From Klebsormidium nitens (Eukaryota; Plantae; Klebsormidiophyceae): DNA of 57,358 nucleotides. The notes under the pieces are model-generated. The model had not been told where the DNA came from. It searched no databases and saw nothing but the letters and a program-made list of their open reading frames with translations. Within the stretch, counting starts at the first letter, position 1. Each line of letters starts with the position of its first letter. Both the position numbers and the translations under genes were made by a program. The DNA lies in contig DF237516.1 of NCBI GenBank assembly GCA_000708835.1, forward strand, positions 1-57,358. The letters run 5' to 3'. Below are positions 1 to 11,500 of this stretch, in pieces.

Positions 1-1606
1 GGAGCCTCTTCGTGAGTCCTAACTAATCAGTCTTTGGGAAGAAGGCAAGAAGACGCAATTTTTCTGAGAGGCGCTCTTGCACGAGGTGATCCCAAGGCGT
101 GCTGAGAAGCTTCGCATGGTTTCCGCACATGTGAAGTAGACAGGCAGCGTGTGACCCTGTCCAACCGTCACAAACATGCTGCAAATTGACATACTTTTAA
201 CTTTGGAAAAGACGTCTTCCGTGCGGAAAAGGTCACTATTGACCAGATCTCGTCGTTGATAGTGTTTCAGTGCCCTTTTATCTGAAGCGAATATGGTGTA
301 TGCCGGAATGATCGTCCATTCATCAAGCGTCCGAAAACTTCCTGTGTGTCCAGTGTAGATAGGACGTGAATTTAGGTAGAGTATGCTTCGAGCAAAATAA
401 GCCAAGCGGCCTGGGGCGGGTGGGGTTAGTTTGGGGAATTAGGGTGGGTACGGATACGGAGCGGGAGATTTTGAGGGTTAGGTTTTTGGTGTTCGGGTAG
501 GAGCTTGCCTTCAAAAACTGCTCATTCGTCGGTGGTATTGAATGATTAATCATTTCAGCGTTCACTACTCTGGTGTTCCTATACGTACAGCTTACTTTAC
601 CTAGATTGAGGAGACATCCGGTTTAGCTCACCCGGTCCGACCCATCCCCGGGGGTAGACGTGAGAACACAGGTGCCCGCCTGGTAGCCAATCTTGCTGCC
701 CCTGGTCAAGTCGCTCTGGTCAGCATCGAATAGGTCGTCGTTAAAAGTGTCGGTGTCACCTGACCGAGAAAGAGTAAGACGTCGGCATTTAGTGCGAAGT
801 TTCCAGACACGATTAGGTACTAGAACTGGTCGCCATCTGCCAAGTGACGGCTCTGCCCACAGGAAGCCGCTTTAGCTAGCTCCTAAGTAGACCAACTTAG
901 AAGGTAATTAACCAGTACTTGACCAATCTATCTGCATCTAACCGGCCAGTGCTTAACCAGGTCCACGGTTAGACTCTGGTTAAGCACAGGCTAGACGCTG
1001 TTGTTTCTTGTGACTCGATTTTAGGTCCGCTATTAGTTGCGGGAGGTGTGTGTAGCCTGAGAAGGCCAGTATGACAGGCATACAACGACTTCTCCTCCCT
1101 AGGTGGGTTTCAATTTCAACAAGTAGACTGACCTGGGAAGCTTATTTGTGCCCGCTGCAAAGCCTACTTACATCAGCAATAATCGTTGAAAGCACCTTAA
1201 GCTGCCGGGCAAAAATCTCCTACAACATTTTTCTGTGTGGTGGCTGCTGGCTTCACGGGAAGGTTTAGCTGCTAACCAGGTTCGAAAACCAAACTTCAGT
1301 CTGGCTCTTTGACCAATAACCGAGTTAGAGCCATGTTAAAAACCTGGTCACTGCTCGAGTCTGGTCAATGATTACTCAGTCAGCTTCGAATCAGCCCCTG
1401 ACCGACTATGCTTAACCACCAATAAATGCTGTGTTGTGGAGGCCTTGCTCACCATTACGGAGCTTGTCGGCAAACCAGACGGGGACGTGGCGCGAGAGGC
1501 CGTAGCTTGCATTGCCCTTGGTCCAAAAGGTCATCCTCTGCAGGCTGGGCTGAGCGCAAACCACCTGCGTACCGTGTCGCAAGGCTCAGTCAATGACAGA
1601 ATTTAA

Positions 1607-1740
1607 AAAGGGACCCAAAGGAGTAACCAAGTCCAGCAACCTGTGCACTCTTGAAGTAGTTTGGCCAATGAGAGGATTTGGAAAGGGACCCAAAGCCATA
1701 AACGAGTCTAGCAACCTGTGCACTTTGAAGTAGTCACCAA
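1607..1740. repeat. Tandem duplication, ~75-bp period
   Basis: AAAGGGACCCAAAG...AGCAACCTGTGCACT..TGAAGTAGT starts at 1607 and 1682. Confidence 0.8.
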
Positions 1741-2692
1741 CAAGCTCCCATGATCATCACCAGAGACAATGAACGAAACGTCACAATACGCGCCTGGAAC
1801 CTTGTTCCACAATAGAATTCTGATGACCCGAGCTCTTCACGTCGTCTGTGCAATTCAGCAATCCCAGCGTTAACCTCTCAAAGTGTGGCCCCTGCTTTGA
1901 TTCCACTGTGCATGCATCTTCTTCATCAGCTTTCAGGATTGATGCCGTGCGGCGAGGAACAGTACGAGGACCCAAGGAGATTTTGCGAGCATTGAAGTGC
2001 CAGATGCTGGTGTCATAAAATCCATTTGCAACATTCTGACGATTGATTGTGCATGCCTTAGCAGTCTTCTCCTGACGACTTTGCACACAATGCCCTTTCG
2101 ATGCTAGCACTTTGCACGTCTGGATGTTCATACCAAACACTCATGACGCAGGAGAAGTCATATTGGTCCAGACGTGGAAGTGCAATGGCGCTTGGTCGTC
2201 GTATCGTCTTGCCCTTGAACCGGCTTTCATCCAATGCACCACTGCCAGCATTGTTTAGCCTGCAGAAATGCCCACAGCATCCTGGCAGAAACGCAGAAAG
2301 GCAGGAAGGCATAGCACAAGGAGCAAATTGATGACAAAATCATCCCGGAGTTGCTGATGGTCGATAGGAGCGATCGCTCACCTCACTCATGCAGCATACG
2401 AGGAAGAGCGCCACCACCAAGATCACCTGCCGGGAAGCTGGCGCAGCCATTGCGCCGCCTCTTGCGATCACGCCTATTCTACAGTGATAAATCAGTGGAT
2501 GCCTAGCTGCTCGGCGATAACAGCCGGCTTTATCTAGCAGTCATCAACTCGAATAAGGAATTCAAGGGAGGAGGGGCTTGCGGCTTGCTGATCTTGCTGC
2601 TTGATCTTGATCGAGGCGCCCTCTGGAGTCTGGGTTTGGCGAAATCAACTTTGCCACGACTAGGTATTAGGTACAGCAGGTAACAGTACCTA

Positions 2693-2898
2693 CCGTACCA
2701 ATTGTCCGGTTGGGCAACAATTAAATATTCTTTGACTTGCCCAAAAATTTGAATTGAAAATAAATTCCAATTAAGGATTTGCTGATCAGTTTGCCCCGTT
2801 AGAAAACAATGTAAATGCATAAATGAAGCTGCCCAAAATCCATGAGATACGAAATTAATTATTGGGCAAAAATCTGCCCAACCGGACAATTGGTACGG
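2693..2898. mobile_element. Tc1/mariner-type MITE
   Basis: Perfect 24-bp TIR CCGTACCAATTGTCCGGTTGGGCA (2693-2716 / 2875-2898), flanked by TA on both sides (2691-2692, 2899-2900); AT-rich non-coding interior. Confidence 0.85.
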
Positions 2899-3106
2899 TA
2901 GTAGCTACCGTACCTGCCTATGGTAGATACCTATGTAATATCAGCTACCTACAGTAGGAGGGCCCCAATTATGACATACCGTCCCCCATACCGGGAGCGT
3001 ACGTGTGCCTGCAGGCCGCAAGTTTAACTTTAGTACCGGTTACTGGTTAAAGTACGGTACCGTAGTGACCGTACATGAGCAGGTCGGTACTCAGTAGGTA
3101 CTGTAC

Positions 3107-3743
3107 CAGGGGTGCGGACAGGATTTTGCCCGGAGGTGCTGTGGCGCCCCTGGGCTTCGCCCCGGGGCGCCGACCAGCTCCCCTGGGGCGCCCAAGCCAG
3201 CCGGGGCCTCGGCGCCAGCGCCCGGTACAATATTTTCCCGGGTATTTGGCGAAAACCTGTGTTTCACCGAGCCAAATTCGTGCATACCGGTCCTTGGGCT
3301 GCTCAAGACGTTTGTCTACAGTACAAGCAGTCGGCACAAGTCAAAAAGAACCGTGTCCCCCGGCGTATTCAAAATTCTACACATGACCAAAGAACACAAT
3401 GAAGCATATATATCCTTACGAGTATAATGTTTGACGTTATGATATGTAGGGCTTTGAAGGGCTCGACTTGGAATCCTGCTGTCGTTTGGACTGTTTTCTG
3501 GGTGCTTATCCCCTGATCCTGGGACCATATGCTTCCTCTGTGTCCTCATATGTGCAATGCAATGCTCTGATATTCGTACCGTTTCAAAGTTCCCGGTTGA
3601 GGCGGCCTGGACACATACCTACCTTGCTAAAGTAGGCGGGGCCTACGGCCCAGGGCGCTCTGGCGCCCCGGGCTTCCGCCCGGGGGCGCCAGCATTTGCC
3701 CCGGGGCGCTCTGCGCCCCGTTTGCGCCCCGCCAGCACCCCTG
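3107..3743. mobile_element. Non-autonomous hAT-family element
   Basis: TIR CAGGGGTGC (3107-3115 / 3735-3743); perfect 8-bp TSD TACTGTAC (3099-3106, 3744-3751); GC-rich GGGGCGCC/GCGCCC subterminal repeats at both ends. Confidence 0.87.
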
Positions 3744-4260
3744 TACTGTACATTCTTGCTGGTGGTACCTTGTACGGTTACCGGTATGTCTGATATGGCA
3801 AGTACATGTACGGTACCTACTAGTAGAGCCTTGACTGACACATGTACCGCGCGGGGCGTACCGTATGTTGACATCACCAATAGTGACCGGTTAAAAGCAG
3901 CAAAGTTTACCAGAGCACCAATCATGACAAAGCAGTAATCGGCAAGAAGTAACCGGCACAGAGCGTAGGGTAGACCGTACTACGTAGTAAGGTAGTAGTA
4001 GCTGCAAATTAAAATTGCAATCCCCCTGACATCCGTACTGTGAGAGGCTGAGCCTGAGATACATTAGGCGGACAAGGCCAACACAACTAAGTTCTAACCC
4101 TGCGCTCTGACACCTAGCCTTGAAGGAACACCGTCCAGTGTCAACACAAGGAGTGGGTTTGCGTTACAATAATAGGGTCGTATCAGCAAATTTCTGAAAT
4201 TCTGACAAATAGTCCGACCAGGTGCGTGCCATGTACCGAGGCTTTGCGAGAAGAAAAGGA

Positions 4261-4340
4261 GTGCCCATCTGGGATTTGAACCCAGGTCCCTCCGAGTCCG
4301 GGTCTCGCGTGAGAAGGCGAGCGCTCCATGCCAATGGACC
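4261..4340 (-). pseudogene. Degenerate tRNA-like gene (tRNA pseudogene or SINE head)
   Basis: Perfect T-arm CTGGG-TTCAAAT-CCCAG; acceptor stem pairs 6 of 7; anticodon-like stem CTCGC/GCGAG with an 8-nt loop; long variable arm; truncated D-arm; TTTT immediately downstream (4254-4257). Confidence 0.55.
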
Positions 4341-5559
4341 CTAATTAAAGGAGCAAAAGTCGAAGTACAAAGGATGTGTTTTGCAGATTTAAAAAAGAAA
4401 GGGGCGCAAAAGCCGGCGATGTTGTCAGAATTTTGTGTCATGTGTCAGATGTGTATGTGTTTTGTGTGTCAGCTGGGCGAGGACCGGACTTTACCACCTC
4501 AGAGTGAGACATTAGCTCGTTGCATGGTCAGATGACTGCGGACGTGCAGCGTACGTGTAGTACAAAAGTTCATCCCTGGCAACTTCCCTTCGAATCAGGA
4601 TTGAGTTCGACTGAAGCCAACACAATTCCCAGAGTCGGTCCGGGCATGAACAGCTAACTTGGGGATTACAGCTTATATGCCATTTACCTAGTACCAGTGA
4701 CGGTGTTTGTTGAAAACAATTAACATGATTGCTTGAATGGGCCTAGCTAGGTAAGTATGAGCCTTGCCCCCGCTCAGGAACTCATGGAGATACTGGGAGC
4801 TTTTCGCTTTTCTGGCCCGTTGCAGACATCAGCTTTACCATGCATGCCCAGATACAACTCTGCATACTATACGCAGTGCAGACTTATCATCGTACAGGTG
4901 GTTAGTACCGGTCCGCTTTTATAATTGTATTTGGACAGTGACAGTGACCGCACGCGAGAAACCTTAAGGCTTGAAAGTAGATGATCGCATGCGGGGCATC
5001 CATGCAATCAGTGAATGGAATATTGAGAGACCGACGGTCCACACGTTGATCAGTGCATGGGTATTCAACTAGCTGGATATATCATTAGCGTATTTGTACA
5101 AGTTGATAAACCACAGTCAAGTCCGATGACGAGTCTCACTCAGTCTATTCAGTCGAGTGATTCACTAGATTGAACAGGTCCCTCGACGTCACATTACTTA
5201 CATACCCTAATAGTCAGCTCGTTGCCAGAACTTTACGGTACTAGACGATCCGTTAATCGTTCCTTAGACGTAAGGTCAACATATGGACGGTATGTCTCTC
5301 AGCCTGTCTTGTACTTTCAGATTTAGCCCCAGTACTTTGTTGAATCATGTATGGCGCAACCTCATGCTGGCCTCTTATCAGGCCTCGCTACGATGTCTTC
5401 TGTACATTAAAGCGGGCCGTAGAGGCCATTTCTCAAAGAGACACAACATCAATTTGATGCTCGTGGATGCGCTCAAAAATTTGTTCGAGGGAATCGCACT
5501 CAGATCTATCTGTCACCAATAGCTTCGGCAACTGCTGAAACGTCCGGACAATATGTACA

Positions 5560-8500
5560 TCACACCCCGCCCGCTAAGACCTTCTTCGCCTGCGCTTCCC
5601 GCCACTGCGCCTTCACCCTCTCGTTGCTTGCCAGGATCTTCTCAATTTGCCCCGCATGGATCCGCCGGACGTCCGAGAAGTTGGCCCCAAACCCGGCCAT
5701 GAACATTATCGGGGGGGACACGAGCCACGGAAACAGCCGCCAGAGCGCCCCGGTGACGAAACGCCGGAGGGCGTGCCAGAAGCCGACACGCGCGTCGAGA
5801 GGGCCCTCAGCATCGGAACAGTCGACCAGGGCGTGGCCCTCGGGGACCTGCGCAATCACCGGTTGTTTGCTTCCAAATGTACCATCGAGTTTCAGCTTTG
5901 AGATAATCAAAACCTTGACCGAAAGCAGTTAACTAAAGCATAACCCGAAACCTGCAAATAGTCCGCTGTTGCTTGATCTGGAAATCCGATCCTTGCCTTT
6001 TGCTTTGACTGGCCGCTGTACGTTGAGGGGTCAGGTCTCGTTGAGAACCTGAAAAAAGCGGAGGACGGATTGTCGCGCTGCCTTGAAAGAGCAACAGAAG
6101 AATGTGCAAGACCCCTCAGCATCGGAGCAGTCAACCAGGGCGTGGCCCTCGGTCGGGGACCTGCAAATACACCAGGTGTTCCTTTGGTTGAATACTCAAT
6201 GATGGGCTTCTGGCCGCTGTTGAGGGAATTGAAGCCTTGTAAGAAAACAGTTAACCAAGGCATGGCCCTCGGACCCCTGGATGTCCGTTTGTTGTCGTAT
6301 TGCTTGGTAAGTCCTCAGATCGGCGAAGGCCTTCCCGAGTGAGGATTTGGCTCTTGTCGGGAACCTAAAACAGCGCAGGACGAACGTGTTGGTCTCTCGC
6401 GTTACACAAAAACAGCAGCGAAGGAAAAAGTTGAGAGACCCCTCAGCGTTGGAGCAATGCCCCTCGCGGGACCTGCGAAATCACCGGTTGTTGTTTTGCT
6501 TGACGGTCTTCTTTTGGATCGGCCGCTTTACGTTGAGAGCCCAAAGGCTTTGAATGACGTCTTTGATTGGTCTGTCGCGTTTCCGGAAGAAGAGACGGAG
6601 GCGAGTATGAGGGGCCCTCGGCGCAGGAACAGTAAATCAGGGCGTGACCCTCGAGGATTTGCAGAATCATCAGTTGTTTGCTTTGTTGAGAATTCGATAA
6701 CGGGCTTCTGCTTTCCTGGCGGCTGTCGAGGGAACGAAACCTCGTAAGGGAACTGTCAATCAAAGCATGGCCTTTAGGAGGTTGCGAATTCGTTGTTATC
6801 GTGTCGCTTGGTAGTCATTTCTGGCTTTTGCTTTCCCGGCTGCAACGCTTGAGAGGTTGAATCATGTTGGATACCTGAGAACGAAGGTAGATTGCTGCAC
6901 TGCCTGAAACAGGGCCGAAGAGGAACTTGAGAGACCCCTCGGCTTCGAATGCGCCGACCAACGCATGCTCCTTGGGGACCTGCAATCTGTCGGGTGTCTA
7001 CTTTCCTTTATTGGCATACTTGGGCTTTCTGCGTTCTTAGACCCAATACGTTCGAAAGGTTGAACAATGATGGAGAACCTGAAGCGAAAAACTTGCGTTC
7101 CTGATATTCTCATTGTGTGCCAGCTTTATGGAGGACAAGTCTCCGAAGGCCGCTCCAATTACTAAACCAGAGCATGGCTGTCCGGGACCTGCGGACATAA
7201 GCGGGAGCTGGTCTAAAATCAAAGAATGTCTCTGACCATTTGGTCTGCCAACCCGGTTGTTTCAAAACCCTTCGACGAGATGAGCCAAAAGAAATCTACA
7301 CAGGCTTGTGGAACCGTCCAAAGACGTCCGAAAAAACACCGGCCGTTTCGGACGCACCTGCAGCGCCGAATACCTCGCGAGCGCCCGCGGCAGCCGCTCC
7401 AGAATCTCCGTACGTCCGCCCGGCGCAGCGTCCGAGGCCTTTGCGGACGCAGCCTCCAACCGGTCGTCTCCCCCGACCGCTTCCCCGTGCACTTTGAGCC
7501 CATCTTTCTTATTTTCGCTCTCCAACCGGTGGTCTTCCCCGACCGCCAATTTCCCGAGCAGGCCAAGTCCACTCTTCTGGTTGACAGATTTCAACCGGTC
7601 GCGTTTCCCGAGCAGTCCAAGCCCATCTTTCATCCCTTTGGTCTCCAACCGGTCGTCTTCCCCGACCGATTCCCCGAGCAAAAGCCGGGCCAAAACGGCG
7701 GCGTCGACCAGGGACGAGTTGCACCCCTGGCCGATCGCCGGGGGGGTCGCGTGGGCTGCGTCGCCGATAAGGACGGCACCCCCCTCGGAGTGGTGATACG
7801 GCTCGCATTTCACCTGTCGGAAGAAGGAACGGATTCTGACCACGGAATGTGATTCAGGGGTCGGGGTTGTGCTGCTTGACGTCAGATTGTTGAGTTCTTA
7901 TAGCAATTGAGTGGCGCACCTTACGCACGTCGGGGGTTCTGAAGGGCAGATGAAATGCGGAAAGCGGAAAGCGGAAAAGAAAGGGAAAAAACGAGAATCG
8001 GACTCTTGTGCTCGGGGATGCGTTATTGGGGCTGCAAACATACTGCATCGCTCGAATCACGGAAAGATAAAGGTTGGCATAGCCAAAAGCTAACAGCCCC
8101 CAGAGCTGAGAAAGAAGCCAAACAGAGCACCAGATCCACTTCCGAGACTCGTTTCTTTCAGTGACTTTCGGTCGTACTTCCGTCTGAAGACCAAGTGCCT
8201 GCCTAAGCAGGGTCTTACTTGCAACAGAGCCTGCTGCTTTTAGAGCTTCATTGAATAAGCAACATCTTCAGATCCTGCTCGGGTTTCACGCAGCCTCGAT
8301 CAATCAGTCGCTCTGTCAAATCCTTTTGCGCCAAGTTCTCATCCTCTTTTGCATAAAGAGTCTTGCAAAGAGAATATCGGATCCTCAGTGACGGCAACAG
8401 CACTTCTAATAAGCCAGACTTGATCAAAAAGACGAAGTTTTTCTGCTTTATTCCGTTGTGTTCTCTTTCGACATCTGACACGTGTCCTCACCATACGAAG

Positions 8501-11500
8501 CTGCGCGACTCTCTGGGCCAGGATGTCTTGCGCCGCACTCTCTTGCAGATCCAGGAACGGCAGTCGCTGACGCAACCATGACGTCATCTCTGCCGGATCC
8601 TTCATAGCCAGGAACTCGACGGGGGGGTCGTTGACGGGCCAGATGAGCGCCAGGTTGATGGATTCCGCTTTCTGTCCGCTGGGGTAGAAGAGGCAGCGGA
8701 AGGACTGGGCGTCCGGAATCTTGGGAACGAGGTTGAAGCCTGCGAAATTGAGGAAACCAATCATGACTTATCAGTAGGTCTGGAAAAACACTGCCAGGCC
8801 GCTGCGTCTCGTCTTCCATCAATTTGATTTGTCGAAGACGCAGCGAAACGACTGGACTGGAAGGAAATCTTAGCACGATGTTGGAGCCCGCGAAGTTTGA
8901 TGAAATCTTTTAGCATAGTCACGTTTTGCCAACCTGGATACGCTGAAGGCGGTTGGTAATGTAATGGTTTGACCCGCATTTTCTCCATAAAGCGGAAGAG
9001 ACAAAGAAACGACTGTATGGAGCATGGCGTTGACGCCTTGGGATCCAGAATTGGCGAATTGGGCGTGAGAAGGGCGATGAGCTTTGCGAACGGGGTTTGT
9101 GATAGCATGCCGGACTGCAGCGTTGGCAGACTCAGGAACGATACTTGACTTCAAGTGACTGCAATGGGGTCTGCTTGCAATTTAAGACTAGTGATGTAAA
9201 GACAAGGTTGGCGTAATCCCAAGCCCAATCACATCGACATATGAGACGGACCAGAAGGGAATTGTATGATACCCTTTGGTTTCTGATGTGAAATAAAACC
9301 CATCGTTCTCACTGAGTGGTTCATGTAGGAGGAGCCTGGAAACGAGGGTCAGGTTAATCCACTTTCCAAACCGCAAAAAACGAAGCAATCCGCATCGTAC
9401 TCTCAACCGTACCTCCTGAACCAACCCCATCAACTGCAAAAGGTCTGGCGTTTCCTTTATCGCCCTAAGAAGCAAGCGAAGATATAGGGAGGCGGTACGT
9501 ATTGAAACTCAAATCGAGGGGATGCTAGAACGTCCATATAGCAATGAAGAAAACCCTCAACCCGTTCACCTGAGGGGCTGATCTCGGGGGGACGTCGCAC
9601 GTGCAGAATGTACGCGCGGCTGAACTGGTCCGTCACGGAGCAGTCGAAGCCACGCGGCAGCAGGGTGAAGCTGTGGCGGACAGCAGAATTCACGCCTGTA
9701 TGAAATTCGAATCTTGGGGGCTCAGGGTATCGGGTTAAGGGGTTTCACAGTTAAGCAGAGAGGATTAAGGTCCATGTGTTCAGAGGATAGGACGGATTCA
9801 AAAGGTCGAAGTTTTGAACTTGTGGAGAACGCCCAGTATCTTAGCACTTGTCAAGCACAGCTCTAGGGGTTTGGAAAGACGAAAGTACAAAGGTTTCACT
9901 GGGTCGACCTTCAGTGTTCACAGAGTCCGGTTCTTCGAATCTCGGTGACTTATGGATTGACGCTACAAAGTTTTATCGACCAGCCCTTTGCAAACTTGCA
10001 GATTAAACGATACTGAGGTCGACAAATGTGTGCATCAGTGAGAACATTCTGAAGCGACTCGTATAAGAACTGACGCGCACGAAATGTGGTCTCCGCAAAC
10101 AGGAACAACGTCAGCTCACCGTCAGCACCCACAACGAGGTCGTACGGAACTCTCTGCAGAGGAGCGCCAGTCGTAGCTTGACACGTGTCCTGTCCGGGGA
10201 TGACGTTCACCTCGTTGCCCTGCGCCTCAATGTTCACTTTCACGTCTTCGAACAGCGCCTCGCGTTTCTGAAAGTCGATACTTGTCAGAAAAGCTTTCCT
10301 TTTTGGGGACTGAATGTCAACGAGAACAGCAAGGACGGATTTGTCGTCTAAAAAGATTGAAGGAGGCCTTGTTCGAAGCTGGGGGGGGAAGGCTACTGAC
10401 AATCTACCAAAGAGAGAGCGTTGTAGAAATCAGAAGTCAGAAGTTTGTTCCGCTGGTCATTTCCACCAAACTGGTCACTTTTTGGTGCTTTGATTGTCTT
10501 CGGAAAATCGTACTGCAAGTCGCCGTGGCTCATCAGCAGGTATCTCAGCATCACGGCACAAAGATCAGCGCGGTCCGCGATTTTGTGTCCACTGAACCAG
10601 AAAACACCGACTTTCACTGCTTGGGCTTATGCAGCAGGTCACCATCCTGTATATCTTACGAAAGATGTGCACCATGAGTAGGCCCGAGTTGCTGTGCCTC
10701 TCCAATTTGTCCTCAGCCTTGCGACAAAGATCCACGATCTGCCCAAGAATAACCAACTCAGATCGTTGGGTTTACAACACCAAATCACTAACCTGTGCAT
10801 TTCTTGAGCAGGGCACAGGGAGGCAGCCCGAGTCACCGTGCCTTTCCTAGAGGTAGTTAGCCTAGTAGCACAAAGAACAGTACAATCACAACTTGGTTGT
10901 GAGGCGTGAAGAAAAGCGACCATCACTGAGTGAGATTATGAGAGATACTAACCCGTGCATTTCTTGAAGAAGTGCACCGAGAGCAGGCCCGAGTCGCCGT
11001 GCCTCTCCATCAGGTAGCTCAGCATCGCGGCGCACAGATCGGCGCGGTCGACGTTCAGTCCGATCATGTCGTCTGCATTCTCCACACCGGGTGGCACGCC
11101 GGCCAGCTTGAACGCGCGCGCCCCGACATACTTGCCCACCTGGAATCTTTGATGAAGTTAATAAGGACCAATAAGCGTCCATAAACCAGAATTTATTAAC
11201 CAAAACATTCTATGCTGACAAGAGGGTACCCGGTGCAGTGGCCTCATTTGAACCACCTTAACCAACGAACATGAATGCGCTACGCACCTGAACCGACCCT
11301 GACTACCATACCAACTCGACCGGTCCTCCGGGCATATTATATAGGGATTTGGTCTTCATAGGTGATTAACAACTTTTTTTATCACCTGGATTGCCGGGGT
11401 GGATTAAAGCAGGGGTCAACGGGATGTAAGGCTCTCGAGAGGGAGTGGATTCGGAAGCGAAATGATTGACCACAAATGAAGCACGTAATCAACGGAGTCA

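Noticed and set aside
415-490. Telomere-like TTAGGG variants
   Set aside because: Isolated and non-periodic.
19-2331. Short ORFs as a gene or transposase
   Set aside because: No recognisable motifs or consistent splice model; may be decayed coding or TE sequence.
5293-5443. Solo LTR candidate (TGTCTCT...AGAGACA)
   Set aside because: No target-site duplication and no second copy in the window.
7219-7852. Overlapping plus-strand ORFs
   Set aside because: Antisense shadows of monooxygenase exon 7 and its repeat.
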